Assembly: GCA_964016885.1 (NCBI GenBank)
Contig: CAXHJY010001444.1
Location: 1-64,000, forward strand
Length of the DNA stretch: 64,000 nt
Reading direction: 5' to 3'
Origin: Eledone cirrhosa
Lineage: Eukaryota
The notes beneath the pieces are model-generated. The model had not been told where the DNA came from and searched no databases. It saw only the letters and a list, made by a program, of their open reading frames with translations. Positions 16,690 to 29,420 of the stretch are shown here, one piece after another (the stretch's first letter is position 1; every line of letters starts with the position of its first letter). The position numbers and the translations under genes were made by a program.

Positions 16690-17090
16690 AAATACAATGC
16701 AATTTGGTAAGTTCAACTCGTCGAAAGGAAAAAACTGATAGATGGTCTATGATCTTTTGAAAAATGTTATAGAGTATGACCCAAAGACATATTTTATTTG
16801 CCAAACTGTAGTTAGCTCCACGGATGTCAATATCTTAATAGGTGTTTATGAAATTGATGCCATACTCCAAAGAAATCAGAACTGGTATTAATGTACCATA
16901 TCAAAATATGTTCTTTCTGATGCACCATACAGTCTTCATACATATTTTTACAATTCATTATCAACGAAGTTGAGTGGCTTGCATATCATGATGTAAAAGC
17001 TCTTTTTGACATTCCAAAAAGCACGCAGTTCATATCAAGGAAAAGAATCACTTTATTCAAAAGAACCCAACTTTAAGCAACCACTGTAAT
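16690..17090 (-). mobile_element. Possible degenerate LINE ORF2 C-terminal fragment
   Basis: Stop-riddled minus-strand translation with FLEC..VWCIRKNIF-like text; weak. Confidence 0.3.
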
Positions 17091-17357
17091 AACAGGCTAG
17101 CTGATACTATTTGAGGGGAAGTGTACGATCAACGTGCATGGGCAATTTTGGGTCGCAATGCTGTTAAACTACTGACCTAAGTCGGCTCAGCCTATTCGGG
17201 AGATAATGTCGAATAAATATTATATAAATATACACCCATGGCATTTAGTAAACAAGACGAAAAAGTAGCTCACACACAGCACTTACACACTCACACCCTC
17301 AAACATTTATCTATCTATGTATCTATTTATCTAAATATATACGTGCGTGTGTGTGTT

Positions 17358-17444
<87 letters not shown>

Positions 17445-17489
17445 ATAAATGGGATATAATATATATATATAGAGAGAGAGAGATATAGA

Positions 17490-17900
17490 AAGATAAATAT
17501 CTTTCTTTATTTGCCACAGGGGCGTACAAAAATAGGAATTACAAGACGTGACGGCGGGAGTTTTACATAAAAATAACAATAAACTATATATAATAAAATA
17601 ACAATTGAAATCCCCATAGGGGGGAACGTTACTGCAGGGTTGTTTTACACCCCGTGGATAGAACAACTCTCAACACCAGGAACACATTTTGTAGGTGTTT
17701 ATTTTCCTGTTTATCTTCCTCAACCTACAGGTTTATATACAGAGAAGGCCCATTCACTCGGACCATTTTCGCCACATTCACCCACCTTTCAGCGAATTTA
17801 CTGGGGTGTAGCACCTCTCTCTCCACTCTCACCTTCCTTCTGAAGTGATACTTAAAGAAGGGGATAAGTTGTTGTCCGGAGAGAAAGGTGTTTGCCCTCA
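17490..17900 (-). mobile_element. L1/Tx1-type LINE 3' fragment
   Basis: ORF end FRRKVRVEREVLHPSKFAERWVNVAKM, then a UTR ending gtggcAAATAAAgaaag at a microsatellite. Confidence 0.65.
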
Positions 17901-18879
17901 GATAGATATACATATATGTGTGTGTGTGTGTTTAATAATATGACAAGGTAATTGGTCAAATCGAAGGCTACAGTGAAGGAAACGAGTATTGCATAATCGA
18001 AACGCTTTCTGAAGACCGAGATTACTGCCTCTGTAGATGTTTATTTTTATATAATCTAATACAGCTATTACAACCTCAACGAAAGTTAGGTATTTGTATT
18101 CGTGTATCATCTGGTAATATAGTCAGTGAAAATATTCAGTCCCTTCTTGCGTGGTCAGCTGATCTCTTTTAAGTATGCAATTAATCGAAGATTTCAATAC
18201 GGTAGGAGAGGAACGCAGGTTGCATTGGCAGAATAGGAAGATACAGTGAAACATATTTGGAAATGACCAGCCAATGTTATACTACACAAACACTCACATG
18301 CACACACGCACGCACACGGACACACGCACTCACACACATGTATGTTTTTTTGTTTCGTTTTTTATCATGCGCGAAGACATAGAAATAATCGGGCTGTATA
18401 CCTGATCGCGCAGTTAAACCTGTGAACGACCCCTAGCGCTCGCCAGGGCATACTTCTAGGAGAAGGCAGCTCAGGAAACTGGGTTAACTCCGACATAAAA
18501 CCCGCGGCGCATTATTTAGCGATGATGTTGATCATTTCTTCTTTTCGGGTTATAGTTATTGTCGCTCAGAGAGTGGGGTTGGCTCAGTGCACAATTTTTA
18601 CTCACTTTAAAAATAATCTTCACGCACAGGCATTGCACGATAGAATTAATTAATAATTATTAATAATGGTATTATTAAAGGCGATATTCAATAACGAGGG
18701 GGCAGCCATCATATATATATATATATCAAATGAAAAAACGGAGTTAAGGACTCGCGTTAATCCCCTGAAATTTAGTGAGGTGAAGGATAAGTACCGGACT
18801 CTTCATAATACAGTATATAGAGAAGAAAACACAAGGAGGGTATGTTTTGCGAGGGGTAGAGAACCACTAGAGTGAAGAA

Positions 18880-19003
18880 CAAAGTTTACGCGGAGCTCAG
18901 CTGTCGGGGTCCCGAATTTTTCATATTTCCCACTGTACTACTCAAGTATCGAGTACTCTGGTGAGTAATGGTCTAGCTAGTTTTTTACCGCCTCCATTCC
19001 GAT
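18880..19003 (+). mobile_element. Diverged family A arm + tail
   Basis: gagctcagctgtcggggtcc...cccactgtactactcaagtatcgagtactctggtg. Confidence 0.7.
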
Positions 19004-19260
19004 TACACACACACATATATATATATATATATAATATATATATATACATAAGGTGAAAAAAATATTTTTCTTCCTAATAATCGCCTATTCTCCCTGTTTT
19101 CATATATATATATATATATATAGATATATATATATAGTAATAATAATAAATTTGAAGACTAAAATCCAAAGAGTTTCAGAAGATCCCGTTAAGGGTGAAA
19201 GCAGCGATTCTTTGCTTAAACTTTAATCTGTTATTTTAATAAATATATATATATATATAT

Positions 19261-19770
19261 AGCAGAGTGTACAAGTTTTAATATAGATGAGATTCTACAG
19301 GACTAGAACTGTTTCATTCTTGAGAAATCATCAGGAATCTGACTGTACAAGTAAATATGGTGGTATTTATATATTTTCTGGTGGTAGGAGAGGCTGGGGA
19401 GTGAGATGGGTGGAGGTCATTGGTTGAAAGAAAAGGGAATTCCTTAAAAGCTAATTCTTTAAAGCTATAGTTTATATTTAGAGTGACAAAGGCAGAAAGA
19501 ATTCTATAAACAAGTTCAAATTGGGGTGCCACTCCTTATTTTTAAGCTTCTCTTAAGCTAACAATGCCTATATTTCAGGTGTCTATAAGATGGTTGGGGG
19601 TCAGTCATGGTTGATGGGTTTAAAGAAAAGGGAAATTCTTTAAAAGCTAATTTTTTAAAGCTCTACTTAGAGTGACAAAGGCAGAGAGAATTCTATAAAC
19701 CAGTTCAAATATTGGGTGCCTGTCCTTATTGTCATGTTTCTCTAAGCTATATTTCGGGTGTCTACAGACA
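19261..19770 (-). mobile_element. Longer family B fragment: HHR-like core plus a diverged ~190-bp tandem duplication
   Basis: Minus strand CTGATGA-T-TTC(TCAA)GAA-T-GAAAC near 19310-19334; ~19400-19590 is repeated at ~19590-19770. Confidence 0.65.
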
Positions 19771-19912
19771 CATTCACACGCACACACACATATATAAATA
19801 TACACATATACAAACATATACAAACACATATACACATATACACATATACACATATATATATATATACACACACATACACACACGTATATATATATATATA
19901 TATATACATATA

Positions 19913-19948
<36 letters not shown>

Positions 19949-20155
19949 TATGTGTGCGCATGTAGACAGACACGCAGAGGGGTAGAAAAACAGATAGGTA
20001 GAGATACACAGAGAGTGGGACAGAAAGATGAAAAGCTATCTATAATCAGGTGGGTTGTAATGTATGACATCAATATATGTGTGGTGTATATGATTGTATG
20101 TAGGCATGTATGTATAAATGTATGTATGTGTGTATGTATGAATGTATGTATGTAT

Positions 20156-20705
20156 GTCGGGTCGTTGGCGACTAAACTGACAACGCCACCAAGGTTTCTT
20201 GGTGAGGAGGGTGACTTTGGACACCCTGCAGGACTAAAAACAAAACCTGTCAAAGGGCAAAAGAGCTCTTAAGACTCAATGGCCATCCAAAATCACTGGG
20301 AGAGATGACCCCTTAGCCTTTGTCAAGGCAGAATTCTAGGAGAAGGAAAACTCTGATATAACACCTGCAACCCTGATGGTATCCAATGATGTTGACTTGT
20401 TCTTTTTGGTAAATATCATCTTGGTTAAGAGAGTGGGACTGGCTTTGTGCAGTGCCTTTGCTCACTATAAAAGCTTCACGGCACAGGCATTGCTTTATAT
20501 CTGGAGATCTCTCTGCACTTGTCGTCACATGGTACCATGGGCCCAGCACTATGTGTCAATAATTGTCACAAGTGTAGTGTGTGTACCAGAGTTTTCAAGT
20601 CGCAGGCTGGACTAAAAAGTCACACTCGTTCAGCGCATCTGTAAGGGTTCTCCTACATGGATATAAAGTAGTGGCCGTACTCGAAAACGAGTTGGCAGCC
20701 ACCAT
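20156..20705 (-). mobile_element. Non-autonomous RTE-derived repeat in (CATA)n
   Basis: Highly similar to 46871-47422; no ORF; carries gagttttccttctcctaga...acaaaggcta resembling RTE-clade 5' UTRs; TATG arrays on both sides. Confidence 0.7.
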
Positions 20706-21002
20706 GTATGTATGTATGTAAGTATGTGTGTATGCATGCATGTATGTATTGGCTGGTTAGGTGGCTGATTCTAAGTTCTGTTGACAGACAGAGCAGTATA
20801 GATATAGAATCCTAACGCCTCTTAGATAGAATTAGCCCACTCAATTATTCATGCAGATAATCTAATATGCAACATGATATACATATATATATATATTGAT
20901 ATATATGTAGATTGGGCTTCCTGTATTGTGTTAAATTGAACACCTGTCTGCTCTCTCGTCACGTACACAGACAAGCATTCACACACATACACACACACAC
21001 AA

Positions 21003-21046
<44 letters not shown>

Positions 21047-21059
21047 GAACACACACACC

Positions 21060-21840
21060 CACTCTACACACCCTACCACCACTGACCCCCACTCACACCC
21101 GCATTCAACCCTTTCCCCACCACCAGTATACTAACACCTACTAACACCCCCTTCACCACACACACACTCATCCAAACACGCACACACACACCAGTACACT
21201 CCCTCCACCGGCCCCCACACCCTTCTCTCCCCGCTCCACCCTCACCCTTTCTCACACACACACACATCCCACTAACACCTCTACTAATACACACACACCT
21301 CCTCCTCACTCTAACTTTCACACCTACCCATCCTCTCCCCTGTCCACCGCACCTCCGCACACACTGACACACCGACTTTCTTCACTTACCATTCTACCCG
21401 ACTGCTGCTATGCTCTTATCTCTGACCACCTCCCCGCACACACAGACACACAACCCTCCTTCTGCCTTGACCCTCTGACCACTTCCTGTTCCGCGTGCAC
21501 CCCACATCTCCCCTCTTCCGACCAACCCAACCACGGATTACACATATTGAACATCGATCCCAGCATTCCACCACATCCTCTACGGAACTAACTTAAGGAC
21601 TCACCCACTGACATACACTCAAAAAATTATTTTTCCCACACGCTACCTACATCCACAACACGCATAAACACCACACACACACGTGCGTACCACCACATAT
21701 TTACACACTCAGCCTCCGGAATCCTCTCCCCCACCCCTCTGACCCCTCCCCATCCACACACGCACACACACACCGACCTACACCCCACCCCACACACACC
21801 TCTTCCTGAACATGCAAGCCCGTTCTTCCCCCAACTCTTA

Positions 21841-21909
<69 letters not shown>

Positions 21910-22070
21910 GCGTACACCTACACACACACACAACCTTCAGCCCTCCCACACACTTTTCACCTGAAGAAGGGCTTATGCCCGAAACGTCGTTCCCCACCAC
22001 CACCCCACTCTCAAGAGCGTGAAACTAATAAACCTTTGTTCGTACTGCCTCTCTGTTTTGTTCCCGTTCA

Positions 22071-22075
<5 letters not shown>
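21060..22075 (+). mobile_element. Family E: ~1-kb C/A-rich non-coding PLE 3' region ending in an HHR
   Basis: Colinear with 51049-52195; HHR at 21959-21990. Confidence 0.75.
21959..21990 (+). ncRNA. Minimal HHR motif
   Basis: AC-CTGAAGA-A-GGGC(TTAT)GCCC-GAAA-CG-TC^GT. Confidence 0.8.
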
Positions 22076-22157
<82 letters not shown>

Positions 22158-22396
22158 CATATATATATAAATACGTATATATATACACATACACACACAC
22201 ACACGCAAGCACACAATAACACACACACACACATATATATAAATACACATATACAATAAAGTACCAGCAAGCAACGGGCTGGTCAATCGACTTACCCCTT
22301 CCCTTCATACTACTGGCTTTGTGCAAACTTTAGAAACAATTATTTTCTTATAAGTCTTCTCTGCCTTACAGTTAAGCTTCTTCCATATCTATAGTA

Positions 22397-22653
<257 letters not shown>

Positions 22654-22927
22654 ATATATATCTGTGTGTGTGTGTGTGTGCGTGTGTGTGTGTGTGCGTG
22701 TGTGTCTTCGAAACCGTTTACAAAGTGTATAGATACGTGTAACATTTAACATAAAATTTCTCAACTTTTACGTTGTCTTGATTGGTATTTTCTTTTGTCT
22801 AGACCTACACTTGTGTACGTATATGTATGTATGTACGTATCGTGTATGTATGTATATATATATAGAGAGAGAGATATGTGATTGTGTATACACGTGAGTC
22901 CCAGGTTAAATCAGGGGTAACCACAGT

Positions 22928-22972
<45 letters not shown>

Positions 22973-23518
22973 TTCGTGAGTGAATGATAATAATATTATA
23001 GTAATATTAATGTTGGGTTCGTTTGCAAGTCTCATTACGCCATATGTTTTCTAGACTATTAACGACATTCTTGTGTTCCAACGGTAGCAGAGAGAGAAAC
23101 AATCTACAATTATTTCGGGATTATTGACACTTATCAAGATTGTGTATTTTTCTCCCTTCTGCTACACTCTTGAGCTGTTGAGAATATATAGTATTCGCTG
23201 AAGTATGAATTGGTTGATTAGCCTCATATACCTACCGAGCGGTTTTACGGCAGGATTTGCTGAAATTAAAAACGAAATTTGCTTTCGCTCTGACATGGCG
23301 GAAACGTAAATGCATTCGTGAATAAATAATAATAATAATAATATTATGATAATATTATTAATTGTTTCTACTTTAGGCACAAGGCCAGCAATTACCCAGT
23401 GCATTACTGGTACTTTTATTTTATCGACCCCGTAAGGATGAAAGGCAAAGTCAACCGCATGTGCACTTAAAAAGGAGAAACTTAAGGAAGGCATGTTAGA
23501 TACTGCCATGTCATAATT

Positions 23519-23551
<33 letters not shown>

Positions 23552-23639
23552 ATAACAGCAGTAGAAGGGGCAGCAGCAGTCTAAGTAGTTGCCTATAATG
23601 TTCATAGGCTTGCAATTTATGCCAATACACCAGACCAGT

Positions 23640-24010
23640 CTACTTTTGTCAGAGCTTGTATAATCTTCACTGGGGTTTGACAGACCACTATCTTTACCAC
23701 CGGTTGCCGTCGTGACTTCAATTGTTTTAATTCATTCGAACTGTCATTTTCCTTCGCAAAATCGGAAGTATGGCAACCCGCCAAGGGAAGGAGCCCGGTG
23801 AGGCGAACTGGCTGTTGCAGCGGGTGTCGCTGGCCGATCTCTGTGGCAAAGCCTTCACCATTGTGTTCACAGGATGCAGCTAAGAGATACCTTTCCGACT
23901 AGGGTGTCAAGTCTGTTACTCCCTCTCCCTCATCTCTTCCTTTCCTTCTTTAATTTCTTTCGTTTTATTTTTTCTTATTGCTTTATATAAATTTTTCTAT
24001 AAATAAAAAT
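23640..24010 (+). mobile_element. CRE-type non-LTR element 3' fragment (restriction-like endonuclease end)
   Basis: GLTDHY..PVAVVTS..FLRKIG..EANWLLQRVSLADLCGKA* (stop 23883) matches the PVAVET / WLxQRxSxAxxRGNA pattern; AATAAA near 24002. Confidence 0.65.
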
Positions 24011-24296
24011 ATTAATTGAGATGGTGATAAGCTGTACGATCTTTTAAATAGTTATAAGTTCATAAACTGATGGGCTCTGTCCCTTTTCTTATCCATTCTT
24101 ACGCTGTGACCACTTTGCTTAATTTTCACCCCGACGTCTAAACACTATGGTTATTTTTAAAAACTAGAACTTACATTTCAAATTATCCAAAACACGTTAG
24201 ATGGTACAATATTTCTGTATGTATGTGTGTATGTATGTATGTATATATGTTTGTATATATATATGTGCGCGCGTGTGTATATGTGTGTGAGTGTGT

Positions 24297-24451
24297 CGGG
24301 TTCAATCGGAGGTAACCACAATAAGTAAGGTGCTCAATACATAGCTGAGTATAAATATTTAATATAGAAATGGCTTCTACAGGACTAGGTTTCCTGATGA
24401 TTTCCTTCGAACGAAACAGTTCTAGTCCCGTAGAACCCATTTCTATATTAA

Positions 24452-24455
<4 letters not shown>
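24297..24455 (-). mobile_element. Family B tail + palindrome with the HHR core (24394-24425, +) as spacer
   Basis: tttaatatagaaatggcttctacaggactag..CTGATGA-T-TTC(CTTC)GAA-C-GAAAC-agttctagtcccgtagaacccatttctatattaaa. Confidence 0.8.
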
Positions 24456-24491
<36 letters not shown>

Positions 24492-24507
24492 GTGTGTGTG
24501 TGTGTGT

Positions 24508-24720
24508 GATGGCTTAGTGGCTAAGGGGTTCGGCTCACGCCCTTGAGTTCGGTTTTTGGTTCGAGCGTGACGTTGTATTCTTAATCAAGACACATTATTT
24601 TAAGTTGCTCAAGCCCACATAGTTGGTAACAATGATTTGTATCTGTAATTCAGTTACCCAGCCTTGTCACATATTGTGTTGCACTGAATCTCCCTGAGAT
24701 CATCACGTACATTTTACGCT
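24508..24720 (+). mobile_element. Older tRNA-derived SINE family (also ~35095-35400, 39560-39880, 44770-44970, 56500-56760)
   Basis: TGGCTTAGTGG A box, GGTTCGA B box, shared ..caagacac..ccagccttgtcac..tgaatctccctgag body. Confidence 0.6.
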
Positions 24721-24739
24721 TTGAGATCACACACAAACA

Positions 24740-24789
24740 GATTTATTTATATATACATTTATATATATGTATATATATGTGTGTATATG

Positions 24790-24845
<56 letters not shown>

Positions 24846-25217
24846 TGTGTGTGTGTGTATGTATGTATGTGTGTGTATGTATGTATGTATATATGTGTGT
24901 GTGTGTATATATATGTATGTATGTATATATATGTGTGTGTGTATATATGTATGTATGTATGTATATATGTGTGTGTGTGTATATATATGTATGTATGTAT
25001 GTATATATATGTGTGTGTGTATATATATGTATGTATGTATGTATATATGTGTGTGTGTGTATATATATGTATGTATGTATGTATGTATATATATGTGTGT
25101 GTGTATATATATGTATGTATATATATGTGTGTGTATATATATGTATGTATGTATATATATATATGTGTGTATATATATGTATGTATGTATATATATATGT
25201 GTGTGTGTGTATATATA

Positions 25218-25248
<31 letters not shown>

Positions 25249-25299
25249 GTGTGTATATATATGTATGTAGGTATGTATATATATGTGTGTGTGTATATA

Positions 25300-25350
<51 letters not shown>

Positions 25351-25413
25351 GCGTGTGTGTATGTATAACATATATATTTATATCTATCTATCTATTTCTA
25401 TATATATGTGTCG

Positions 25414-25448
<35 letters not shown>

Positions 25449-25450
25449 CG
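24740..25450. repeat. Compound (TG)n/(TA)n/(TATG)n array
   Basis: Direct inspection. Confidence 0.95.
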
Positions 25451-25547
25451 CTTCAGCACGAAACGTCTGGCTCTCGAATGACTGGTATAGCTTTGTATCT
25501 CTAATATATATATTTCTGTGTGTACGCGTGGTGTGTTTGAATACGTG

Positions 25548-25672
<125 letters not shown>

Positions 25673-26099
25673 TATATACAAAGTGGCAGTGCTGGTCGGA
25701 GTGCAAAGTGCATGATGCTGTAGAGAGCTAACACTATCCATACACCAGGAGTTATGACAGCAACGTGGAATGGTAGGAAATAGGCGTACGTAGTTTTCGT
25801 AAATGTTCATTTTTGAAAACACATACACTAACACAGTGACGATGAAAGAAAGGAGATAGTGATATTCCTGGATGCTATTAATGAATTTCTATCGTGATGC
25901 TTGAATATTTAGCCCTTTTTTGAGGGGGCCCTCTTTTTCTGACACAGGTAAAGATCTGCTTATTTATTAGTGTCGCTGTTTTTTTTTATTTGTCTAACTA
26001 TCTCTTCATATAACTCTTATTCTCCTATTGCGCTTGTTAATGTTGTTTTTGTGGTTGTGGTGGCTTTTATTTCTTCTCTTACACTCTTTTTTCCCTCTT

Positions 26100-26200
26100 T
26101 ACATCATCATCATCATCATCATCATCATCCTCTTCATCATCATCATCATCATCTTCTTCTTCTTCCGCTTCTAAATCATCATCATCATTTTCATCATCAC

Positions 26201-26245
<45 letters not shown>
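26100..26245. repeat. (CAT)n + (TAT)n microsatellite
   Basis: Direct inspection. Confidence 0.95.
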
Positions 26246-26246
<1 letters not shown>

Positions 26247-26909
26247 GCCTTCTTGGGTGGATAACATAAAATACCAGTCAAATATTGAGGTGATTTAAAC
26301 GACTCTTCCAGCCCCACCACCCAACAAATTGCTAGTCTTTTGCCTAAATTAAAAACCATTAATATTACTATTGTAGTTGTTGTTGGTGGTGTCTTTGGCC
26401 GTAGTTTGGCACAATTTGTATAGTGTCGAATAAAAGCACTTCATTTGTATTTATTCCCACTCTTTACGTTTTGCGCTCAGATCCCGCTGCGGTCAACGTT
26501 TACATTTATTCTTCTGTGGTCGACAAATAAAGTTCCAATCAGATATTACGTGTTGATGTAATCGACTTTCTCCTCGGAAATTGCTGACCTTGTGCCTAAA
26601 TTAGAAACTATTAATATCATTTATTATTTACAACGATTATGATTATTATTGATACTATTTAACTTTGCCTTTCATCCTTATGGGGTTGATAAAATAAAGT
26701 ACCAGTAATACACTGGGATAATTGCTGGCCTTGTGCCAAAAGTAGAAACAATTATTGATACTATTTAACCCTCCCACAAAATATCGTTTAATGTTAACGA
26801 GTACTCCGAATGTTCTTGAAACGTTGTTAATCATGAATAGCAGGGTGTGGATCCTTACTCATGCACCTTAGCACCTTACTCATGCACCTTAGCACCTTAC
26901 TCATGCACC

Positions 26910-27291
26910 TTAGCCCAACAACTCCCCTCAGAAGAATCTGGACATTTCATGATAGAAAGATGGAAGAAACTGCTAAATCAGAACGGTGAAATATCTAGAG
27001 GCTTCCCACCTACGTAAAGGTTCTCAGCCCCTACACACTTTCTTGAATTGAATTTTGTCTATGTTATAATTATTATATGTAATTATTTATATATTGTATT
27101 TATAAATATTTAAACCTGTCCTTACATTTATTGTATAAAATATTTCACTCCACTGATTTTTGCTTTCTTTTTTTTATAACTTCTTTATCACACCCCACAC
27201 ATCTTTCTAATCTCCTTCAATTATCCCTTGTTTTGGTAATGTATGTAATTGCCCTCAGTGGCTAAATAGAAATCAGTCACCATCATCAAAA

Positions 27292-27327
<36 letters not shown>

Positions 27328-27330
27328 ATT
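26910..27330 (+). mobile_element. Probable L1/Tx1-type LINE 3' end with (CAT)n tail
   Basis: HFMIERWKKLLNQNGEISRGFPPT* then a UTR ending gtggctaaatagaaa before (CAT)n; preceded by 3x ~20-bp ccttactcatgcaccttagca. Confidence 0.5.
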
Positions 27331-28299
27331 TGTCGTCGTCGTCATCATCATTAGTCATATGTTCATTGCATGCAGCCACAGCCTAATCGAGCACAACGCT
27401 ATGTACCTTGGGTATGTGCAGTGTTATAATGTTTGTATTGAAAACCCTTTTCGAAATATCTGTAAAGTGTCTAGTAATTCTATTTTATGTTGTGTATATT
27501 TTTATACCCTGGTGTTTTGAATACTCATTTGTGTGCAATGTGTCTCCTCTCACTGAACACCTGGTATTATAGGGTTCGTTCTGAGTTGCTGTTATCATCA
27601 TCACCATCATCATCATCATCATCATTATAATTGTTTCTACTTTTGGCACAAGGCCAGCAATTACCTAGTACATTACTGGTATTTTATTTTATCGACCCCA
27701 TAAGGATGAAAGGCAAATTTAACCTCAACGGGATTTGAACTCAGACCGTAAAGGGACGTAACTATGCTAGAAAGCATGGCGTCCAACCCTCTACCGATAC
27801 TGCCAATTCAACATCAGTAATAATATACTCGCAGTTGAGTCATTCGACCCTTTCAGTCCATTAAAAAAATAAAATGTGTGGTCTTATGAAATCCTTAATA
27901 CTATTGTATCACGAGAGCGGTGGATGGCAAAATTGGTAGAGCGTCAGATAAAACGCCACAGTAGTAGTTGTTCTGGATATTTACATTCTGAGTCAACTTT
28001 ACATCCGAGGTCAACTTTACCTTTCATCCTTCCACAGTCGATAAAATAAAATGCCTGGCAAGAACTGGGGTTGATTTAATCAACTTCACGTTGCCCTTAA
28101 ATTTTGCTGGCCTTGTGCCTAAATTAGGAATCAATATAAAATATAGATAACACAAGTCAGTGCACAATGAAAGAAACAGGAGGGATGGGTTTATAAGGGC
28201 TCCATGAAAATACTAATTGTTTCTGTCATTGTTTAACCCTAGCACAACCCAATGACATTCCAACTATGACCATCCTGTCTCTATTTAAATCAAAATGTA

Positions 28300-28485
28300 T
28301 TTTCTTTCTTTCCTTTTTTCTTTCTTTCCTTCTTTCTTTCCTTCTTACTTTCTTTCCTTATTTCCTTATTTCCTTATATCCTTATTTCCTTCTTTCCTTC
28401 TCTCTTTCTTTTCTTCTTTCCTTCCTTCTTTCCTTCTTTCCTTCTTTCTTTCTTTCTTTCTTTTCTTCTTTCTTTCTTTCTTTCT
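28300..28485. repeat. (TTTC)n/(TTCC)n pyrimidine tract
   Basis: Direct inspection. Confidence 0.95.
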
Positions 28486-28772
28486 AAAAATAAGGTTGTG
28501 ATTTGATGGAATATGCTCCTATTTCTTCTAAGCCGCGTGTGCGAGGGAACGTTTAGAGGCTACTCCCTCGGTACTAGTCATATACTGGGGTAGATTTAAC
28601 CTATTGTAGTCTCTTGCATTCAGCAGACAGGAAAATCTGGTGATGTGCATCTACGAACATCATCATTATTATTCGCCGAGGTTAACTTTGCCTTTCATCC
28701 TTCGGGGGTCGATAGAATAAAGTACCAGTAATGCACTGGGTAATTGCTGGCCTTGTGCCAAAAGTAGAAACA

Positions 28773-28812
<40 letters not shown>

Positions 28813-28878
28813 CTGTTGGTTTTATAGTTATCGTTGGTGCTACTACTATCAGACTCCTTTTTGTCATTTTCAATACCC

Positions 28879-28912
<34 letters not shown>

Positions 28913-29144
28913 GTCTCTCTCCCTTTCATCCACATACATACGAATACATGCACATACTCTCGCTCTCTTTCACTCTCTCTATCTATCTTTTTATCTCCCC
29001 TTTTCTCTTTATATATATATATATATGTCTGCATTAACCCTTTCTCTCTCATTCCTCCACCTCTTTCACACACCATTATCGTTGTATCGTCTTCTTTATT
29101 ATTGTATTTCTTTTCAAATTTTCGAATTCATTATTTCATCTTTT

Positions 29145-29154
29145 GCTGCTGCCG

Positions 29155-29209
<55 letters not shown>

Positions 29210-29243
29210 CACTACTACCACCACCACCACTACTACCACCACC

Positions 29244-29311
<68 letters not shown>

Positions 29312-29420
29312 CACCACCACCAACAATACTCTTACCACCACCTCCATCACTCTCGCAACCATTTCTACCACTGCCAAAACAATCACCACCACTACCATCA
29401 TCATCATCATCATCATCACA
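29145..29420. repeat. Compound (ACT)n/(ACC)n/(ATC)n trinucleotide array
   Basis: Direct inspection; source of the poly-T/Y/L/V ORFs. Confidence 0.95.
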